Source: a bacterium (GTDB taxonomy: Bacteria; Patescibacteriota; Minisyncoccia; Moranbacterales; UBA2206). From it: DNA of 64,000 bases. Location of the stretch: positions 41,413-105,412 of the forward strand of contig JAJYGF010000013.1 of the NCBI GenBank assembly GCA_021785125.1, written 5' to 3'. Within the stretch, counting starts at the first letter, position 1; each line of letters starts with the position of its first letter. The notes beneath the pieces were generated by a model, which saw nothing but the letters and a program-made list of their open reading frames with translations, had not been told where the DNA came from and did not search any database. Position numbers and translations under genes: made by a program. Of this stretch, positions 58,550 through 64,000 are shown in pieces.

Positions 58550-60265
58550 ATGACACACAAGATTTGGAACGTAAAAGATAAAATTTCAGAGATAAGTTCC
58601 GGATTGAGGGATAAATTCCATCCGGTCGTCCTCCAGCTTCTTCACAATCGCGGCATTCTGACCGATCAAGCGATTGAAAAATTCTTCAACTTTAGCTATG
58701 ACGCCGACGTGCATAACCCGTTTTTATTCAAGGATATGCAAAAAGCCGTCGGTCGGATCATCCAGGCCAAAGAAAAAGGTGAGAAAATCGCCGTTTTCGG
58801 CGATTATGACGCGGATGGTGTGACAGCCACGGCTCTTCTTTTCGAAGCCTTGTCGGATCTGGGCTTCAAAGATGTCGTCGCGTATATTCCGGATCGGCAG
58901 AGCGAAGGATATGGCATGAACACGTCGGCTGTCGGATATTTGTCAAAAGAAGGCGTCCGATTGATTGTTACGGTCGATTGCGGCATCACTAATATGGCCG
59001 AAGTGAAAAAAGCCGAAAGCCTTGGAATCGATGTGATCGTAACCGATCATCATCATGTGCCGAAAGATCTGCCGCAAGCCGTCGCTCTAATCAATCCGCA
59101 CAGGGAAAATTGTGGCTATCCTTTTACCGATCTGGCCGGCGTAGGCGTGGCTTTCAAATTGGCGCAGGCATTATATATGAAGATGGAACCGGCCAAGATC
59201 GACCGATTGAAGTGGCTTTTGGACTTGGTGGTGATCGGCACGGTGGCGGATTGCGTGCCCTTGATCGGAGAAAATCGGGTGTTGGTGAAATACGGATTAG
59301 TCGTGCTATCAAAAACTCGCCGGGCGGGGCTTTTGGAAATGTTCAAAGTTGGGCGGATTTCGATCGATGAAAATAACGTTCCGGATACGCGGAAGATCGC
59401 TTTCCAGATCGCTCCGCGCATCAACGCAGCCGGACGGATGGATCATGCCAGCATATCATATAGACTGATGATTGAAAAAAATACGGTCATGGGCCGTGAT
59501 ATGGCGCTGGAAGTCGAAAAGAAGAATCAGGATCGCCAAAAAATCACCGGTGAGATCGCCAGAGAAGTGCGGACCTTGGCGGAAAATTCTTTCAAGGATA
59601 GGAAATTGATCTTTGCATCAAACGAGCATTGGCAGGTTGGAATTCTCGGCCTCATTGCCGGTCGGATCGCGGATGAATTCAATAAACCGACGGCTATCTT
59701 CCAGAAGCAGGGTGGGGAATTTGTCGGATCCTTCCGCAGTATCGATCAAGTCAATATCATTGAAGCGCTTGAAAAATGTTCGGATCTTCTGATTCGCTTC
59801 GGCGGACATTCGCAGGCGGCCGGCGTGACCGTCAAAGAAGAAAATATGGAAAAATTATATGAAAAATTGTCCGATCTGATCGAAAAAGAATTGGCTGGCA
59901 AGGATATCGCGCCGAGCATTGATGTCGATGCGGAGATATCCGCTGGAGATGTCGATTGGAACTTGCTCCAAGAAATAAAAATGATGGAACCGTTCGGCGA
60001 AGGCAATGAAGAGCCGGTCTTTCTGATGAAGAACCTCCTGGTTGAAGATGTGAAGACTGTCGGCAATGGCAGCAAACACATGAAGCTCGGCTTGCGTTCC
60101 GAGGGCGTTCCGAAGCTGTTTGAATCGATCGGATTCGGATTGGGCGAAAATGCCTTGGACTTGAAAGCCGGTGATTCAATCGATATCGTTTGCAATCTGC
60201 AGGAGGATGAATGGAATGGGAACAAAAAGATACAGTTCAATCTTGTGGATATAAAAAGAACTTGA
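58550..60265 (+). CDS. recJ: single-stranded DNA exonuclease RecJ
   Basis: GDYDADG, TVDCG, TDHH, PRINAAGR, GGH. Confidence 0.97.
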   Translation: MTHKIWNVKDKISEISSGLRDKFHPVVLQLLHNRGILTDQAIEKFFNFSYDADVHNPFLFKDMQKAVGRIIQAKEKGEKIAVFGDYDADGVTATALLFEALSDLGFKDVVAYIPDRQSEGYGMNTSAVGYLSKEGVRLIVTVDCGITNMAEVKKAESLGIDVIVTDHHHVPKDLPQAVALINPHRENCGYPFTDLAGVGVAFKLAQALYMKMEPAKIDRLKWLLDLVVIGTVADCVPLIGENRVLVKYGLVVLSKTRRAGLLEMFKVGRISIDENNVPDTRKIAFQIAPRINAAGRMDHASISYRLMIEKNTVMGRDMALEVEKKNQDRQKITGEIAREVRTLAENSFKDRKLIFASNEHWQVGILGLIAGRIADEFNKPTAIFQKQGGEFVGSFRSIDQVNIIEALEKCSDLLIRFGGHSQAAGVTVKEENMEKLYEKLSDLIEKELAGKDIAPSIDVDAEISAGDVDWNLLQEIKMMEPFGEGNEEPVFLMKNLLVEDVKTVGNGSKHMKLGLRSEGVPKLFESIGFGLGENALDLKAGDSIDIVCNLQEDEWNGNKKIQFNLVDIKRT

Positions 60266-60284
60266 AATATGCTAGAATATAATC

Positions 60285-60716
60285 ATGGATGAAAAAATAA
60301 CCATGTTCACCGACGGCGGTTCAAGGAACAATCCGGGTCCGGCGGCGATCGGTGTCTATATTGAAACGCTCGGTAAAAAATATTCGGAATATATCGGTGA
60401 AAAAACCAATAATGAAGCCGAATATATGGCGCTTATCTTCGGCCTGCAGAAATTGAAACAGCTTCTGGGCAAAGAGAAGATGAAGCAAGCGGAGGTCGAT
60501 TGCTATTTGGACAGCGAACTGGTTGTGAAGCAGTTGAACCACGAATATAAATTAAAAGAAAAACATATCCAGGAGTTTTTCATCGATATCTGGAATCTGA
60601 TGTTGGATTTCAAGTCGGTTCGGTTCACCCATGTTTTGCGGGAAAAAAATAAGATTGCCGATGCTTTGGTGAATGAGGCGTTGGACGCGAGGAAAAAACA
60701 AAATAATTTGTTCTAA
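60285..60716 (+). CDS. rnhA: ribonuclease HI
   Basis: TDGGSRNNPG, TNNEAEY, DSELVV.Q, REKNK.AD. Confidence 0.93.
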   Translation: MDEKITMFTDGGSRNNPGPAAIGVYIETLGKKYSEYIGEKTNNEAEYMALIFGLQKLKQLLGKEKMKQAEVDCYLDSELVVKQLNHEYKLKEKHIQEFFIDIWNLMLDFKSVRFTHVLREKNKIADALVNEALDARKKQNNLF

Positions 60717-60790
60717 AATAAATATTTCAAGACATTGGATGTCCGACGCGCCGAAAGGTTAAAGACATCCGATGTCCAGCGTTAGCAAAT

Positions 60791-61798
60791 ATGACAAAAA
60801 AACGCATAATCTGGCTGATCATAATCATCGCCGTGATCATCAGCGGATATCTGATGCTTCGCAAGAAGCCAGTCAGTCCGTACACGACGGAAGCGGCAAC
60901 GCGGGGAAATTTAAAACAGACCGTCTCTTCGACCGGAACTTTGAAAGCGGAGCAGGAGATAGATCTGAACTATAAAGCGGTCGCGAAGATCGACAGCATC
61001 TTGGTGAATGTGGGCGATGCGGTCAAGAAAGGGCAATTATTGGCTGTCATCGATCAAGAGACTTTGCCCGAACAATTGGTCCAGGCTCGGGCCAATTTCG
61101 TCACCCAGAAACAGACTTTGATAAATATGAAAAGAAGGGATGATCTGTACAATGGCGCTCAGGTGGAAGCGCAAAGAGCGGTGGTTGATTCGGCCCAAGC
61201 CGGCATCGATTCGATCCTGACTCAGATCGCGAATACGAAAATAATTTCTCCGATCGACGGCATCGTCACTCAGAAAAACGGCGATGTCGGAGAGCTGACC
61301 TCATTGACGACGCCGATCCTGACCGTGGCCAGCCCCGGACAATTGCATATCGAGTCGAACATCTCGGAATCGGATATTGCCAAAGTGGCGGTCGGGCAAA
61401 CCGCCCAGGTGACTTTTGACGCGTTCGGGCAGAATCAGATCTTCAATGCGACAGTGACTGATATCGATCCGGCGGCAACTGTGATTTCGGACGTGGTCTA
61501 TTATCGCGTGAAACTTAATCTGGACAACAATGACCCGCGCTTGAAATCCGGAATGAGCGCCAATGTCGATATTTTGACGGCGGAAAAAGACAATGTTTTA
61601 ATGATTCCGCAAAGGGCGGTCAAGACGGACAATAATGGCCAGCAATACGTAGACGTTTTGATAGGAACGGACGTGAAAACGCAAACCACACAGAGAAAAA
61701 ATGTTGAAACGGGATTGTCCGGCGATGACGGGATGATTGAAATAAAATCCGGATTGAATGAAGGGGATAAGGTGGTAACATTCACGAAGGCTTCTTAG
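60791..61798 (+). CDS. MacA-type efflux periplasmic adaptor
   Basis: TM anchor, V.VGD.VKKGQLL, SPIDG.V, GMSA.V.I. Confidence 0.92.
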   Translation: MTKKRIIWLIIIIAVIISGYLMLRKKPVSPYTTEAATRGNLKQTVSSTGTLKAEQEIDLNYKAVAKIDSILVNVGDAVKKGQLLAVIDQETLPEQLVQARANFVTQKQTLINMKRRDDLYNGAQVEAQRAVVDSAQAGIDSILTQIANTKIISPIDGIVTQKNGDVGELTSLTTPILTVASPGQLHIESNISESDIAKVAVGQTAQVTFDAFGQNQIFNATVTDIDPAATVISDVVYYRVKLNLDNNDPRLKSGMSANVDILTAEKDNVLMIPQRAVKTDNNGQQYVDVLIGTDVKTQTTQRKNVETGLSGDDGMIEIKSGLNEGDKVVTFTKAS

Positions 61799-61818
61799 AC
61801 ATTGGATGTCTAAGTGTT

Positions 61819-61916
61819 AGGCGGCCTGTCCGCTGCATCTCAAAAGCTGAGCTTTAAAGAATCCTTAAAGGAAACTCAAAAGCTCAGCTTTGGGATACTC
61901 GGCGGACAGGCCGCTT
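61819..61916. repeat. nested long inverted repeat
   Basis: GCGGCCTGTCCGC/GCGGACAGGCCGC outer arms and AAAGCTGAGCTTT/AAAGCTCAGCTTT inner arms. Confidence 0.8.
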
Positions 61917-61993
61917 GAATTGAAAGTATTTTTGAAAATAAAAAGCCCGCTTACTTTCCACGAATGTTATCGTAGATTTTCAGCGGAGCTTCA

Positions 61994-62146
61994 CTAAAGG
62001 AGGCCACCCACGGATAATATAGTGCCAAAACAAAACATAAGTATTTTGTTAGGTGCTTGCATGTGGGTGCAAAAGGTAAGGACTAAAGTCAGCATGATGC
62101 AAATTGAAAACATCATGACGTCTAACTTTGTGTATCTCTCGCTCAT
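61994..62146 (-). CDS. 50-aa small hydrophobic protein
   Basis: AGGAGG RBS; MSERYTKLDVMMFSICIMLTLVLTFC...FCFGTILSVGGLL; below the ORF-track cutoff. Confidence 0.45.
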   Translation of the reverse strand: MSERYTKLDVMMFSICIMLTLVLTFCTHMQAPNKILMFCFGTILSVGGLL

Positions 62147-62214
62147 TGCGTGCCTCCTGTAAACGGTGAATGTGATTTTTAAGGTGTTTTAAATTATACT
62201 CTTTATTTTATTAA

Positions 62215-62940
62215 ATGTCAAGTTCAATAATCCAAGTTAAAAATCTTCAAAAGACGTACGATAGCGACGGCGTTTTGACTCCCGCGGTGAAAGGAGTTTC
62301 TTTTGGAATTGAAAAAGGCGAGTTTGTCTCGATCATGGGTCCGAGCGGATCCGGCAAATCGACGCTCATGCAGATGCTGGGTTTTTTGGATCGGCCGAGC
62401 GGCGGGGAATATATTTTTGATGGCACGAACACGGAGAATTTTTCTGATGATCAGTTGGCCACGATCCGTAATGAAAAGATCGGATTCGTTTTTCAGACTT
62501 TCAACCTTCTGCCGAAAACGACCGTCTTTGAAAATGTGGAATTGCCGTTGATGTATGATCCGCATATCTCAAAGATAAACGAAGAACAGGTTCTGGATGC
62601 TTTGAAAAGCGTGGGGATGGACCATCGCAAAGATTATTTTTCCAACCAGCTGTCCGGCGGGGAAAGACAGCGGGTGGCGATCGCCCGCGCCTTGGTCAAC
62701 AATCCGAGCGTGATTTTTGCGGACGAGCCGACCGGCAACTTGGATTCCAAATCCGGCACGCAGGTGATGAAAATTCTTCAAGCTTTGAATGACGCCGGCA
62801 ACACAATCGTGCTTGTCACGCACGAAACTTTCACAGCCGAGCATGGAAAGAGAATGATCCAAATGAAAGATGGAGAAATTGTTTCTGATCAGAAAATAAC
62901 CAACCGCCGCTTCGCGACAGATGGAGAGTTGTTGAAATAA
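62215..62940 (+). CDS. MacB/LolD-type ABC ATP-binding protein
   Basis: [26 protein letters not shown]. Confidence 0.95.
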   Translation: MSSSIIQVKNLQKTYDSDGVLTPAVKGVSFGIEKGEFVSIMGPSGSGKSTLMQMLGFLDRPSGGEYIFDGTNTENFSDDQLATIRNEKIGFVFQTFNLLPKTTVFENVELPLMYDPHISKINEEQVLDALKSVGMDHRKDYFSNQLSGGERQRVAIARALVNNPSVIFADEPTGNLDSKSGTQVMKILQALNDAGNTIVLVTHETFTAEHGKRMIQMKDGEIVSDQKITNRRFATDGELLK

Positions 62941-64000
62941 ATGCAATTTACAGATCCTGTCAAAATCGCATACAGAAATCTGGCGGCGAATAAGTTTCGC
63001 TCGTTTTTGACTATTTTGGGAATCATCATCGGTGTCGGTTCTGTCATTTTAATCATGGCCATCGGCCAATCGGCGCAAGGCTTGATCCTGGACCAGATCA
63101 AAGGTGTCGGATCGAATCTGGTCGTGGTCATGCCGGGCGGTAGCGATGAAAAGGGACCGCCGGCGGAAGCGATGGGAATCAAGATTACCACTTTGAAATA
63201 CGACGACTTTCTGGCAGTGACTGACACTAACAACGTGCCGGAAGTGCAGGACGGCGCGGCGTATGTGCAGGCGAACGAGATCGTGGACTACAACGGCAAT
63301 GAGATGTCATATTCCATAAACGGCGTGACGCATGATTATGCCAATGTCGAGAATATCGACATCCAAAAAGGCCGTTCGTTTCTGCCGGAAGAAGATACGA
63401 ATATGGCGCGTGTGGCCGTCATCGGCGCGAATGTGCAACGCGATCTTTTCAATAGGGATGACGCAGTCGGCAAACAGATTAAAATCAACGATCAATTGTT
63501 TACGGTGGTCGGAGTTTTCAAGGTCAAAGGCGGCGCTGGCTTCGGCGGCGGAGCGACGGACGACATGATTCTTCTGCCGTTTCGGACGACGCAGAAGTTA
63601 ATTTTGGGCATTGATTACATCGACATAATGCGTCTGCGGATCACGGATGCGTCGCAGATCCAGGCGGCCAAGGATGACATCGCCAAAACTTTGCGTATCC
63701 GGCACAATATTTCCGATCCGACAAATGATGATTTTTCCGTGCGCGACATCGCCTCGGCCCTGTCGGCTGTCACGAGCGTCACGGACGTCTTGCGCTATTT
63801 TCTTTTGGCAGTGGCTTCCATTTCTCTTTTGGTCGGCGGAGTCGGCATCATGAATATCATGCTTATCTCCGTCAATCAACGCATCCATGAAGTGGGTCTC
63901 CGGAAAGCGGTAGGGGCCAAAAACTCCGATATCCTCGAGCAATTTTTGATCGAATCGGCCACGATCACTCTGGTCGGAGGATTGGTCGGCATAATTTGGG
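62941..64000 (+). CDS. MacB/FtsX-type ABC permease, truncated by the window end
   Basis: Read directly: MQFTDPVKIAYRNLAANKFRSFLTILGIIIGVGSVI...ISLLVGGVGIMNIML.SV.QR..EVGLRKAVGA. Confidence 0.93.
   Translation, partial: MQFTDPVKIAYRNLAANKFRSFLTILGIIIGVGSVILIMAIGQSAQGLILDQIKGVGSNLVVVMPGGSDEKGPPAEAMGIKITTLKYDDFLAVTDTNNVPEVQDGAAYVQANEIVDYNGNEMSYSINGVTHDYANVENIDIQKGRSFLPEEDTNMARVAVIGANVQRDLFNRDDAVGKQIKINDQLFTVVGVFKVKGGAGFGGGATDDMILLPFRTTQKLILGIDYIDIMRLRITDASQIQAAKDDIAKTLRIRHNISDPTNDDFSVRDIASALSAVTSVTDVLRYFLLAVASISLLVGGVGIMNIMLISVNQRIHEVGLRKAVGAKNSDILEQFLIESATITLVGGLVGIIW

Noticed and set aside
1-64000. CRISPR array or rRNA genes
   Set aside because: No regularly spaced repeat-spacer array or rRNA-like sequence was noticed.

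Overview
This is a bacterial chromosomal window, most consistent with a Patescibacteria/CPR (Parcubacteria-like) genome. That assignment is inferred from the gene content: archaeal-type AspRS, TrmB regulator, ADP-forming acetate-CoA ligase, tRNAs without encoded CCA and tRNA-Arg(TCG). The backbone carries PilN/PilO-like genes, four clustered tRNAs, VanW, Hsp20, tsaD, proS, ispH, aspS, an H+-ATPase, scpAB, mraY, pgk/eno/gpmI, recJ, rnhA and a MacAB-type exporter. An AT-rich accessory region (~7.5-25 kb) surrounds tRNA-Glu. It contains tandem att-like repeats, a catalytic-domain-only AsnRS paralog with a TrmB regulator, an RHS remnant, an IS, an archaeal-type SAM synthetase, an operon of a motif-degenerate GluRS paralog, sulfatase-like hydrolase and peptidase E, and an AdoMet decarboxylase. 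A second AT-rich block (29.3-34.1 kb) holds an ABC exporter, an HD hydrolase, a MoaA-like radical SAM enzyme and a Nudix hydrolase. The clearest structural discovery is a 306-bp element encoding only a small GIY-YIG nuclease. It is bounded by 20-bp inverted repeats and a TATG direct repeat, and sits exactly on the proS start codon. Other observations are REP palindromes inserted in frame in genes, widespread leaderless-type promoters and two candidate structured RNAs. All calls come from reading the sequence; no searches were run.
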